Sequence record: NC_100331.1
Source: Escherichia phage vB_EcoS_HASG4
DNA: 64,000 nucleotides
Reading direction: 5' to 3' (one strand)
Shown: positions 7,640 through 16,136 of the stretch, in pieces
Position numbering within the stretch: the first letter of the stretch is position 1
How the letters are laid out: the number at the start of each line of letters is the position of its first letter
The notes under the pieces: generated by a model
What the model saw: the letters and a program-made list of their open reading frames with translations, nothing else
The model's database searches: none
What the model was told of the DNA's origin: nothing
Program-made: the position numbers and the translations under genes

Positions 7640-8587
7640 TTACTTGTTACGCATATCCATAATCATTTGGCCATCATAACCAGTGCCAACCACAGTCTGC
7701 GGTACACCACCTTGATACTTCTGAGCACGGATCATTTCAACTTCCAGTTGCTTCCAGCGAATCATCTCAGGAGTAATGGTACGTTGCAATGCGGCGTTAG
7801 CTTCAGCTTCTTTCTTAGCTGAGTACAGTTTAGCATCTGCGTCACGTTCATTAGCAATAGCTTGGTTGTTGCGAGCTTCACGATCTGCTTCTGCTTGTTT
7901 AACTTTTTGCTGTGCTTCCTGTTCAACACGAGCCAATTCAGCTTTCGCAGCGTTAACTTGTTCTTCACGAACTTTGGTATTCTGTACCTGTTCCATGATT
8001 ACAGGCGGCAAAGTAATATCCTGAAGGAACACTTGCTTAACTGTGTAACCATAAGGGCGTGCATACTCTTCAACTTCCTGTTGAATTGCAGTTTGCAATT
8101 GAGCCTGAATTTTAGCATCAAACAAATCTTGTGCTTTAGGAACAGACTTACCGAACTCACGAATAGTGGATAACAGCTTCTCAGTTACGTACTTATCTAG
8201 AGCCTGATCCTGAGTACCTGCATTAATACGGTTGATCGGTGCCTTAGAACCATCAAACTGCAACATAACAGTCAGGTCAACAGTGGATTTAAACTTATCC
8301 TGGCTAGGAACCTGAAGTTTATCTAATTTTACAGCAATATCTTTTGTACTAAAAGTATCGAAAGATGCAAATGGATTTACAAGATGAAAACCAGGTAATA
8401 CAGGATTAGGGTCTACTTTACCCAGAAATGTTTGGGTTTTAACCGTACCATCAGAAACAATAGTATATGAATTAAAAGCTAGGATTAAACCTGCTAAACC
8501 AACTACAGCACCAATACCCCAACGTTTAATAGTGCGAATTACTTTTTGCTCAGAAGTCAGTTCTTTCATATTTTTAGTATTAAACAT
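7640..8587 (-). CDS. SPFH/band-7 (stomatin/prohibitin/HflKC-like) membrane protein
   Basis: N-terminal transmembrane helix (IGAVVGLAGLILAF), then a band-7-like core and an Ala/Glu/Gln-rich coiled-coil tail; RBS AAGGAAA before ATG 8587. Confidence 0.65.
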   Translation of the reverse strand: MFNTKNMKELTSEQKVIRTIKRWGIGAVVGLAGLILAFNSYTIVSDGTVKTQTFLGKVDPNPVLPGFHLVNPFASFDTFSTKDIAVKLDKLQVPSQDKFKSTVDLTVMLQFDGSKAPINRINAGTQDQALDKYVTEKLLSTIREFGKSVPKAQDLFDAKIQAQLQTAIQQEVEEYARPYGYTVKQVFLQDITLPPVIMEQVQNTKVREEQVNAAKAELARVEQEAQQKVKQAEADREARNNQAIANERDADAKLYSAKKEAEANAALQRTITPEMIRWKQLEVEMIRAQKYQGGVPQTVVGTGYDGQMIMDMRNK

Positions 8588-8621
8588 ATATTTCCTTTGT
8601 TTTAGTTACAGTTAATAAAAT

Positions 8622-8696
8622 TGGCCGAGGTGACAGGATTCGAACCTGCATAAAGGAATTTAGAAGACTCCTGCCTCTCCCTTAGACTACACCCCG
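8622..8696 (-). tRNA. tRNA-Arg (anticodon TCT, tentative)
   Basis: Acceptor CGGGGTG/CACCTCG, T-arm GCAGG-TTCGAAT-CCTGT, anticodon stem GGAGT/ATTCC with loop CTTCTAA, encoded CCA. Confidence 0.55.
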
Positions 8697-9198
8697 TTTA
8701 AGTATTTTTAAGAACTCTCGTAAAAACTCTTAAAAATACAGACGATACCGGGAGAGTCATAAGTCTCACTCATTAAGTATTTCAAGACAAAATACAGTAA
8801 CGTCTATTATTTTCCAGTTTAAGTCAAGGTGACTTAGTGGTTATGTCCTGCGGTATACTGAGGACTCGGTTAGGTTAGGGTCATGACTCCCCACTTTTTT
8901 GCTGCTACTCAACAGGAGTTATCGCGAATTACCTGTGCTATTGTGCACCATTAGTGGCATCTCTCATGCCAGCATTTCCCACTTTGTGGATAGTTTGAAA
9001 AACTACTCCGATATGGAGAAAGAACTTCACTATCCTAGAATACCTTCTAAAGTTCTTCTTTAGCCTGGACATAGTTAAATCGTAATAAAACTATTCAGCA
9101 GACTGGTTGGTTAGTCTGGAACCAACTACCGCGTGGTTTAGGCAGTGCGCAACTAACCTCGGAAGCTTTTACATTAAAAGCACCAGTTATCCAGTTCT

Positions 9199-9270
9199 TA
9201 CCGACCGTAGGATTCGAACCTACATCTTCCACCAGTTACGGCTTGATAATACCGTTTATACTAGATCGGC
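9199..9270 (-). tRNA. tRNA or tRNA-like (anticodon unresolved, no encoded CCA)
   Basis: Good T-arm GTAGG-TTCGAAT-CCTAC and acceptor GCCGATC/GGTCGGT; anticodon arm not foldable by eye. Confidence 0.4.
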
Positions 9271-9493
9271 AGTGTTACTACATAAGTGATTTCCACACCC
9301 CACTATCAATAAATTAGAGAAGAGTTTAGGGGAGAGGTTTCAGACGCCTCATTTTACACGTTCTAGCCACTAACCGGGATTGCCGCCCCCTGTGTACTAG
9401 TTTTACAACTAACCCACCGACTCTATTCAATGCGCTCCGGTTGGGATTCTGCACTCAGCGTAATCGGCTCGCTGTTCTCTAATTTATGAATAT

Positions 9494-9522
9494 ATTATAC
9501 AGAATTTATAAGCATTTAGCAA
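9494..9522 (-). promoter_or_regulatory. early promoter (TTGCTA-N17-TATAAT on minus strand)
   Basis: Plus strand ATTATA at 9494-9499 and TAGCAA at 9517-9522. Confidence 0.55.
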
Positions 9523-9530
9523 ATAAATTT

Positions 9531-9965
9531 TTAGAAAAATTCACTAGCAATCAAAGCAGTTGTTTTACCATCATAACGCCCTGGAAACTCTGCCTTAATA
9601 GTTTTCATTAAGAGAGCTTTGGTAATACCTGGGTTTAATTTAACCAGTTCTGCAAAGTATTTACGAATTTCAGTTTCAGTCAGTTGACTTGGCTGATACT
9701 CTTGCAGCATGGAATAAAGCAGTTGTTCATAGTCTACATCAGTAGGGACTTTCATACCAACTTTAATAGCACGCTGCTTCGCAGTTTCTAGAGCTTTAAT
9801 CTGAGCTTTCAGATAGGCTACAAACTCGGTTCGAGTAACAACGTCTTTATTAATACGTTGCAAATCACCAATCATAGTCTGGAGATTAAGTGCCCTCTCT
9901 TTATCACCGTGAGTACGTGCTAGACTAAGCAGTCCACGAAGGGTCATTAGAATATTTTCACCCAT
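9531..9965 (-). CDS. hypothetical protein (144 aa)
   Basis: ORF-track ORF, co-oriented; no recognisable motif. Confidence 0.55.
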   Translation of the reverse strand: MGENILMTLRGLLSLARTHGDKERALNLQTMIGDLQRINKDVVTRTEFVAYLKAQIKALETAKQRAIKVGMKVPTDVDYEQLLYSMLQEYQPSQLTETEIRKYFAELVKLNPGITKALLMKTIKAEFPGRYDGKTTALIASEFF

Positions 9966-10166
9966 TATTTCATCCCCAATGCTTGGTTGAAAGATTGTTC
10001 TGTCATAACTGCTGAGACTTTGGCGAAATCAAACTTTTTAGGGTTCGTAGTGATTTCAGCAACGTTAGAAGTTTTAACCGTTTTAGTAGTACGAATACCG
10101 CGAGTGTTAACACCAATAATTACAACTGATTTCATATTTCGCTTCCTCTCATTAATTTATGAAAGT

Positions 10167-10195
10167 ATTATACAGAAGTTTAAGTATTTAAGCAA
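10167..10195 (-). promoter_or_regulatory. early promoter (TTGCTT-N17-TATAAT on minus strand)
   Basis: Plus strand ATTATA at 10167-10172 and AAGCAA at 10190-10195. Confidence 0.5.
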
Positions 10196-10203
10196 ATAAA
10201 TTT

Positions 10204-10671
10204 TTAAGTTTTAGTGACAACAGGCTTATAAAATGTATGTCCTTTAATCTTAGTTGTTTTCTTAAATTTCTTTGTCCAGTACGGTTTATCTTTACCACTA
10301 TGGAAGTATAAAGCTCCATGTGTAGGATCTTGTGGTAAATCAACGTAGTATATCACTCTAGCTAAATTCTTGGCGGTTTGCCAAGCCTCATCGGTTTTAT
10401 CAACTTTTGGTCTCTTAGATACCCAAGAGAACTGGTTAGACTGATATACTACTTTACAGTAGGAATCTGGAAATTTGCCGGAGTTTACACGGTTTTTAGT
10501 AACCTGTGCAACCGCCATCATTCCCTTTATGCCCTCACCACGACTCTCGAAATAGATATTTTTAGCAATGCAATCTATTTCTTTTGCATCGTGCGATGCC
10601 TGACTACTAAAGCTGAAGGTAAGGGCAGCTACTAAAAGCAAAGCTGCCTTCATTCTTTTTACTCCTGCCAA
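10204..10671 (-). CDS. secreted SleB-like cell-wall hydrolase
   Basis: Signal peptide MKAALLLVAALTFSFSSQA, then IYFESRGE...VAQVTKNRV...QFSW resembling the SleB/CwlJ hydrolase family. Confidence 0.6.
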   Translation of the reverse strand: MAGVKRMKAALLLVAALTFSFSSQASHDAKEIDCIAKNIYFESRGEGIKGMMAVAQVTKNRVNSGKFPDSYCKVVYQSNQFSWVSKRPKVDKTDEAWQTAKNLARVIYYVDLPQDPTHGALYFHSGKDKPYWTKKFKKTTKIKGHTFYKPVVTKT

Positions 10672-10976
10672 TCGTATTCAATACGATTGGGGTTTTCTTT
10701 ATACCCTAAGTCAAGCAAATCATTACGCATATTTTGCTTAGCTACGGGGTTCGAGGTTACTAGTACCACTTTCTTTGGTCTCTGCCCAAATTCTAAGAGT
10801 AAACGAAGAATTTGATAACCTTCCATACCATCTACAGCCAAGTCATTATCCATATAAACGAAGTGGCCTGTGGTATCAGTTTTATTCAGAAACTCGACAG
10901 CGGCTTCTGGGGTTCGAATGATAATGTCCATTCCGTGAAGATTACGCACATCATCAATCAAAATATGAAAAGTCAT
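10659..10976 (-). CDS. receiver-like (CheY/REC-fold) stand-alone domain protein
   Basis: ILIDDV...YMDNDLAVDGMEGYQIL resembles a receiver domain without an output domain; promoter directly upstream. Confidence 0.5.
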   Translation of the reverse strand: MTFHILIDDVRNLHGMDIIIRTPEAAVEFLNKTDTTGHFVYMDNDLAVDGMEGYQILRLLLEFGQRPKKVVLVTSNPVAKQNMRNDLLDLGYKENPNRIEYDWQE

Positions 10977-11006
10977 AATAGCCTCGTTTCATCAATTTAA
11001 AAATAT

Positions 11007-11035
11007 ATTATACAGAAAACTTAATAAATTAGCAA
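11007..11035 (-). promoter_or_regulatory. early promoter (TTGCTA-N17-TATAAT on minus strand)
   Basis: Plus strand ATTATA at 11007-11012 and TAGCAA at 11030-11035. Confidence 0.55.
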
Positions 11036-11418
11036 ATACATTTTTAAATTGTGAAACTAGTAAACCGATAAACAGCCTAGAGGCGCCACAGGCCATATCT
11101 TACGAGCCATGTACCTTTGATCTAGGGTTTGAATCATCAACGAATACTTTGCATCTTTTAGCTTTAGAAGTTTAGAAGTTTGAGTTCTTTAAACTTTTCA
11201 GCTTTCATACTTAAATGTTGATCTTTGAAGTTGTGTCGGTAATATCAACGACTCTTTGTTTTTACGTGTCAGATTAAATGTCTGATGTAATAAACATAAT
11301 CTCCAATAGATTATACTTTATAGTATGGTCAGCGGTCTTATTTAACCTCGTATTTCAACCGCTGCTGCGAGGTAAGATGCTTGGGCTTTCGTCTACCGAT
11401 TTACTAGCTTTTAAATTA

Positions 11419-12057
11419 TTACTCTACTTCAATGAAAGTAGAGGCATTAGACTCAGACAGAACAAAGTCAACATTAGTTGCAAAGTCCTGATATTCTTCG
11501 TCGTGCTGCTTGATCAGCTTTTCCAGTTCCAGCGGGTCAATCAAGAATGGGGTATTCTTGAGTTCCAGCAGGTTGAGCTGCATTTTAACTTCATCTTCGG
11601 AAGTTTTCTTATCGCGGGTAGCCATGCTATCCTGCAAACGCTCATATTTAGCATCAAACTGTGCTTTCTGCGTATTAAACTTAACCGTAGCGGCATGGAA
11701 CTGCTTACGCATATTAGCCAGCAACTGAGCTTTAAGCTCCATAGAACGCTTAGCTTCAATTGCTTCTGCAACAGTCATTTTACGAGAACCAATCTCAACG
11801 ATTGTTTCCGCATTGCTCTTAATCAAAGCTGCTTTGATTCGGTCACGCTGGGACATCATATCCAGCAGAGACTGGAAATCAGTCTTAATACGAGTAGACA
11901 GGGCGTCTACTTCGATTGCAGCGCCAACTACAACCTGGTTTTTATCCTTACCTTCACCAACAGCGATCAGAAGCTGTTGTTCAGTAGCTTTACGGATTTT
12001 AGCTTCCAGAGATTTGATGGTTGCCAGAGCACGAGTTTTAGAAATACGAGTGGTCAT
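11419..12057 (-). CDS. hypothetical coiled-coil protein (212 aa)
   Basis: ORF-track ORF; long charged alpha-helical sequence, fold not determinable. Confidence 0.55.
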   Translation of the reverse strand: MTTRISKTRALATIKSLEAKIRKATEQQLLIAVGEGKDKNQVVVGAAIEVDALSTRIKTDFQSLLDMMSQRDRIKAALIKSNAETIVEIGSRKMTVAEAIEAKRSMELKAQLLANMRKQFHAATVKFNTQKAQFDAKYERLQDSMATRDKKTSEDEVKMQLNLLELKNTPFLIDPLELEKLIKQHDEEYQDFATNVDFVLSESNASTFIEVE

Positions 12058-12109
12058 TGTTTCTTCCTTATATGAAGTTTAAGATTTGAATTTGTTTAAA
12101 GTTGGTCTA

Positions 12110-12292
12110 TTACAGACCCATTGCCAGTAAGGTACGCAGAACAGTATCTTTACTGTTATCAATTTTAGGATTAGCACGATTTAGCAGATCAAAGATTTTC
12201 TGGACACCTGATTGACGTTCAACCATACGACGGATACCCAGATTACGAGTAGCTTTCTTACCATTTTTACGAACATTTTTAGATACTGGCAT
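12110..12292 (-). CDS. small basic protein (60 aa)
   Basis: ORF-track ORF with promoter at 12333-12361; Lys/Arg-rich. Confidence 0.45.
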   Translation of the reverse strand: MPVSKNVRKNGKKATRNLGIRRMVERQSGVQKIFDLLNRANPKIDNSKDTVLRTLLAMGL

Positions 12293-12332
12293 ATTTGTTT
12301 TCCTTTTGTTGTTTTCTCAAATTTATGAATAT

Positions 12333-12361
12333 ATTATACAGAATTTTGAAGCTGGAAGCAA
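12333..12361 (-). promoter_or_regulatory. early promoter (TTGCTT-N17-TATAAT on minus strand)
   Basis: Plus strand ATTATA at 12333-12338 and AAGCAA at 12356-12361. Confidence 0.55.
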
Positions 12362-12362
12362 A

Positions 12363-13064
12363 TCAAATTTTGATTTTTTCGACCATAGCTGCAACACAAT
12401 AGCTCTCAACTAAGGCATCGAATGCTGGGTCATGTTTAACTGGGTAGATTCCATAACGAATGGTGTCCATCTTCTCCATCTTAGCTTTTGCCCAGCTAAT
12501 CCCCTCTGCTTCTAGGTCTTTGTAGCTATAACCAGCCTGCATCCAGAGATTGCGGAGAGATCGAACATTACCCAAATTCCAGAATTTCCACGGAATTATT
12601 TCCTCATTGGTTCCGGCATGGAAAGTGTTTGCAGAGTAGATAGTCATATCAAACTCTGGGCCATTGCCATAATACAAAGCATTCTCACCTAGAGCCAACT
12701 CCATAATATTTTGAGCCATAGAGTAAGCAGCATAGTTGGAGCCTAGTTTATTAGTACAATGATGTTTACCGTTTTGGAATGCAATCAGCTTTGGATTACG
12801 CTCGTTCATAGCTTCCATAATGTGGAGAGCAGATGGGCTATTTTTAGCTTGATCCATCCAGAATGCTAGAGTAGACGCTGTAACTTTAGCACCAGAATTA
12901 AACTGATCTTGCACATCCAAAGTAACAAATACCAGATCAGGGTCTTTATCAATTCCATGCATAGCCACAAAAGCGAAAGAAGGCATTGCGATATGAGTAG
13001 TACCACAATCTCCTGGAGTTCCTAGAGATTCAATATCTAGCATACCAAATGGTTTTACTTTCAT
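12363..13064 (-). CDS. putative DnaQ-like (DEDD) 3'-5' exonuclease
   Basis: N-terminal MLDIESLGT resembles exo motif I (DxE); weaker motifs downstream; assignment tentative. Confidence 0.45.
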   Translation of the reverse strand: MKVKPFGMLDIESLGTPGDCGTTHIAMPSFAFVAMHGIDKDPDLVFVTLDVQDQFNSGAKVTASTLAFWMDQAKNSPSALHIMEAMNERNPKLIAFQNGKHHCTNKLGSNYAAYSMAQNIMELALGENALYYGNGPEFDMTIYSANTFHAGTNEEIIPWKFWNLGNVRSLRNLWMQAGYSYKDLEAEGISWAKAKMEKMDTIRYGIYPVKHDPAFDALVESYCVAAMVEKIKI

Positions 13065-13092
13065 AACTTATCCTTTATTGTGTAGAAAACTA

Positions 13093-13329
13093 TTAAAGAG
13101 CTGTCTCTTTAATAGACTCCCACTTCTTGGGGTCTTTAAAACCAGGAAGCATATCCTCACTGACATCCCAGTTCTCTTCCATAGAGAAGTCGGGCCATTC
13201 ATTCCAGCTACCTTCCAGCTCTTCATAACAAGTATCCATTACCTCGTGACTAGAAAGTCGTGTATAATCTCTAGCGGACTTATGAGTGCTAGCACGGTTA
13301 AAATCATTCTTTGCTACAAAATTACGCAT
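13093..13329 (-). CDS. hypothetical acidic protein (78 aa)
   Basis: ORF-track ORF flanked by GGGGCTTTCGCCCC hairpins. Confidence 0.45.
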   Translation of the reverse strand: MRNFVAKNDFNRASTHKSARDYTRLSSHEVMDTCYEELEGSWNEWPDFSMEENWDVSEDMLPGFKDPKKWESIKETAL

Positions 13330-13371
13330 AGTTTCTCCAAACTAAGAGGGGCTTTCGCCCCCTAACTTAAA

Positions 13372-13587
13372 TTACTCGCCCAGCAGTTTAAGAATATTTT
13401 CCTTAATAGTTTGGGCAGATTTTTCGCTCTTATTGGTTTCAGCCAGTTTTAGAGCAAGTTCTTCCTGCTGTTTCTGAATATCAGCAGCAATTTTCTGATC
13501 AGCCTCAATACGAGCTTGAAGTTCATCAGTAATAGTAGTAAAGGAAGCAACGATTTCAGTAACGGAACGTGGTTTCTTAGAGAACAT
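13372..13587 (-). CDS. hypothetical coiled-coil protein (71 aa)
   Basis: ORF-track ORF flanked by GGGGCTTTCGCCCC hairpins. Confidence 0.45.
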   Translation of the reverse strand: MFSKKPRSVTEIVASFTTITDELQARIEADQKIAADIQKQQEELALKLAETNKSEKSAQTIKENILKLLGE

Positions 13588-13646
13588 AAAAATATCCTGG
13601 ATTGGTTAGAGAATTAGTTGACTGTAGGGGCTTTCGCCCCTATCTA

Positions 13647-14162
13647 TTACTTCACTTTACGTTTGCGAGCTGGTTTAGCTGATTTACGAGGGGAATCGCC
13701 TGTGAATTTAATACCCACACCGTAACACAGAGCACGAACATTATCCTTGCTATATTCTACGCCAAAGATATTTGGCTTAACAGAACCAAACTGGCCACGA
13801 GTGTCACGCAGTACATCTGCCGTTGGTTTACGCTTCTGGTTAACTGCTTTCTCATAGTCTTTCATGGCCATGCCATTACGAGAGAACAATTCAGCTCCAG
13901 CATTGAAACTCAGTGTTACTGGAACAGATTTGTGGCCATAACCCTGTACATAGGTCACAAGGCGGGCTACAGAACGAGTAGCATTCTTAGCCTTCGGCTT
14001 TTGACGAATCGGAGCCGGACGATTCAGTGCCTGTGCAGCTTGAGCATCAGTAGGGTGCTTGCGCAGGTGGCGTTCCAGACGAGCTTTGCGGTTAGCCTCA
14101 GTCTGCGGGAAAGTTTTAACTGTAGTAGCTACTTGAGTTTTTGCGTTTTTCTGCTTAGCCAT
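13647..14162 (-). CDS. basic Lys/Arg-rich protein (171 aa), possibly nucleic-acid binding
   Basis: ORF-track ORF, promoter at 14201-14229; basic termini. Confidence 0.55.
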   Translation of the reverse strand: MAKQKNAKTQVATTVKTFPQTEANRKARLERHLRKHPTDAQAAQALNRPAPIRQKPKAKNATRSVARLVTYVQGYGHKSVPVTLSFNAGAELFSRNGMAMKDYEKAVNQKRKPTADVLRDTRGQFGSVKPNIFGVEYSKDNVRALCYGVGIKFTGDSPRKSAKPARKRKVK

Positions 14163-14200
14163 TATTTGTTTTCCTTTTTGTTTATCAATTTATGAAGTAT

Positions 14201-14229
14201 ATTATACGAGAATTTGAAGCGTTTAGCAA
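14201..14229 (-). promoter_or_regulatory. early promoter (TTGCTA-N17-TATAAT on minus strand)
   Basis: Plus strand ATTATA at 14201-14206 and TAGCAA at 14224-14229. Confidence 0.55.
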
Positions 14230-14237
14230 ATGAATTT

Positions 14238-14687
14238 TTAATTTATTAACTGTAAGCTTCTTTTAATTTCAGACCTTACCTGCATCAAAAGAACTCCTAA
14301 AGTATTATCCCCGATGCCCCGGCAAACACCCCAATATGTATCCCCCCAGGTATTTCCTTCAATCAAAGTTGCATTTTCTGTTGCTAACAGTTTGTCTCTC
14401 AAATCAGGGATTGCAAACTTTAACCGTAAAAGCTCTAGCATTACATCATCTTTTACCTTATCCCAGTCAGAGCGTAGAATTAATTTACGTCCTCTACGTT
14501 TAGCAACTCCTGCATTTAGGGAGCGTAGTACATGAGCTACATCATCTTTTTGGTCGGATTTCATAGCCTGAAAAGCATGTTCTACAGTATCAGCATGCCA
14601 TATTTCATTTAGATATTCGAAAGTAATTGGTGATAAATAAAAGTTAGATAAGAAACTATAAGCACCTTTAAATTCAGTAATCTTCAT
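14238..14687 (-). CDS. NADAR-family (YbiA-like, DUF1768) protein
   Basis: FLSNFY...TVEHAFQAMK...W..VK...M...L..KF...TWGDTYWG...G.NTLG.LLMQVR matches the NADAR signature pattern. Confidence 0.75.
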   Translation of the reverse strand: MKITEFKGAYSFLSNFYLSPITFEYLNEIWHADTVEHAFQAMKSDQKDDVAHVLRSLNAGVAKRRGRKLILRSDWDKVKDDVMLELLRLKFAIPDLRDKLLATENATLIEGNTWGDTYWGVCRGIGDNTLGVLLMQVRSEIKRSLQLIN

Positions 14688-14968
14688 TTTTTACGCCCCG
14701 CATCTTTAGCCTCTTCGGCTGTATAGATATACTGATAAGCCCCTTTGGAGTAGGCTGGAGCAGTACACATTTTCTTACGCTCAATCTCTTCTTGAGCTTT
14801 TCTTTCGCGTTCAGCTAATTCTTCATCCAGATAGATTAAACGTTGTTCTGGAGGAGGTGGAAGACGTGTTTCTGGCTCACCAATATTAGCCTTTCTTATT
14901 TGACGAGGTGATTGTGCACGTTTTCTCAACGGTTTAAATCCTAATGAATTTGAGTTATAAATTCGCAT
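14684..14968 (-). CDS. hypothetical protein (94 aa)
   Basis: ORF-track ORF with promoter at 14996-15024. Confidence 0.45.
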   Translation of the reverse strand: MRIYNSNSLGFKPLRKRAQSPRQIRKANIGEPETRLPPPPEQRLIYLDEELAERERKAQEEIERKKMCTAPAYSKGAYQYIYTAEEAKDAGRKK

Positions 14969-14995
14969 AAAGCCCTCCTCACTTTCAATACGAAT

Positions 14996-15024
14996 ATTAT
15001 ACTAAATTAGAGGGCTTTAAGCAA
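14996..15024 (-). promoter_or_regulatory. early promoter (TTGCTT-N17-TATAAT on minus strand)
   Basis: Plus strand ATTATA at 14996-15001 and AAGCAA at 15019-15024. Confidence 0.5.
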
Positions 15025-15044
15025 GAAGATTTTTAATTTATTTA

Positions 15045-15521
15045 TCACATCTCAGCAAGTTCTTGCTCAGTAATAACTGTATTACATAGTGCATCTACAG
15101 CTTCATTACCACTAATACCAGAATGTCCTTTAACCTTAATAAAGGTAGGATTAGTATTATGAAAGTTGATATACTGCTGTGTTAATTTAAATGCTTCCTG
15201 CCAAAGTTCTAGATTAAGAGGAACTTCACCATCTGCTTTCTTCCAGCCTTTCCTTTGCCAAGAAAACATCCAACTTTCCATACCGTTTTTGCAATAAGCA
15301 GAATCAGTATAGATAACAATTGGTCTATTATCTTTTTTAACTGACCAACGTAGAGCCTCTACAATAGCCGTGAGTTCCATCTCATTATTTGTAGTTTTAG
15401 GACTATAACCAGATTTAGAACCTAAACGATCATCGTTATCATCATAGACAATAAATCCCCAAGCACCTGGACCTGGGTTAGACTTACAAGCACCATCTGT
15501 GTAAATGTGGAAAACCGACAT
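15045..15521 (-). CDS. rnhA: ribonuclease HI
   Basis: IYTDGAC..NPGPGAWG and downstream TNNEMELTA / YTDS motifs typical of RNase H. Confidence 0.85.
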   Translation of the reverse strand: MSVFHIYTDGACKSNPGPGAWGFIVYDDNDDRLGSKSGYSPKTTNNEMELTAIVEALRWSVKKDNRPIVIYTDSAYCKNGMESWMFSWQRKGWKKADGEVPLNLELWQEAFKLTQQYINFHNTNPTFIKVKGHSGISGNEAVDALCNTVITEQELAEM

Positions 15522-15790
15522 TATTTGCTCCAGTCAATTTCAAGCCAAAAACCTTCACGCTGCTCATACTTAGCTTCTACGACATAGCCTAGTTTAGTGA
15601 GTCGTTGCATAACGCTGTTTCTGGCGCTTTCTGAATATTCAGTTAACCCCTGAATATGGCAGTTAAATTCTTTTTCTTTGATTGCTTTATCAATCTCTAC
15701 GGCAATAAGTGACTCTAGATTAAGTACTTCCTGTTTAATAACAGCAATAGTATTTTGTTTTGCTTCTAAAGCAGATAAAAGAATAGACAT
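15521..15790 (-). CDS. hypothetical protein (89 aa)
   Basis: ORF-track ORF; stop/start junction with RNase H gene. Confidence 0.45.
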   Translation of the reverse strand: MSILLSALEAKQNTIAVIKQEVLNLESLIAVEIDKAIKEKEFNCHIQGLTEYSESARNSVMQRLTKLGYVVEAKYEQREGFWLEIDWSK

Positions 15791-16044
15791 TAGTTTTCGC
15801 CTTCTATAATTACCCTAGTCGCTGGAGGAATTGGCGGCATAGGAGGAATACATGGATGACCTCTCTGTGCATCATTTGGTACTCTTGGCGGTTCAGGTCT
15901 AGTTGCCTTTAATTCCTTTTCTAGGAATTGTTCTAACGCCCGTTCTACAAAATGATCGAAAGGTAAGTGATAATACTGAGACAGAGCTAAGAACCTACGT
16001 TCTTGACTTTGTGTTAAATAAACTTTCTTTTTAAAGAGTCCCAT
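15790..16044 (-). CDS. hypothetical Pro-rich protein (about 84 aa)
   Basis: Start moved to internal ATG (about 16044, RBS CGGAGA) because the annotated upstream start would overlap the promoter -10 at 16069-16074. Confidence 0.45.
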   Translation of the reverse strand: MGLFKKKVYLTQSQERRFLALSQYYHLPFDHFVERALEQFLEKELKATRPEPPRVPNDAQRGHPCIPPMPPIPPATRVIIEGEN

Positions 16045-16068
16045 AGTTGTCTCCGATTTATAAAATAT

Positions 16069-16097
16069 ATTATATCTAAATTTCACTCAGTAAGCAA
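16069..16097 (-). promoter_or_regulatory. early promoter (TTGCTT-N17-TATAAT on minus strand)
   Basis: Plus strand ATTATA at 16069-16074 and AAGCAA at 16092-16097. Confidence 0.5.
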
Positions 16098-16136
16098 ATG
16101 AAATTTAAATATAATAGCCCCGAAGGGCTATTTGAG

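Noticed and set aside
7762-8173. Several 60-100-aa ORFs on both strands inside the SPFH gene
   Set aside because: Nested within a longer motif-bearing gene; no independent start signals
9987-10199. 70-aa plus-strand ORF
   Set aside because: Runs against the minus-strand promoter/gene arrangement; a short minus-strand ORF (about 9969-10137) is the more plausible coding frame but was too weak to list
11278-12075. 265-aa plus-strand ORF
   Set aside because: Entirely antisense to the 212-aa minus-strand gene that has promoter context; low-complexity Leu/Phe/Ser-rich translation typical of antisense frames
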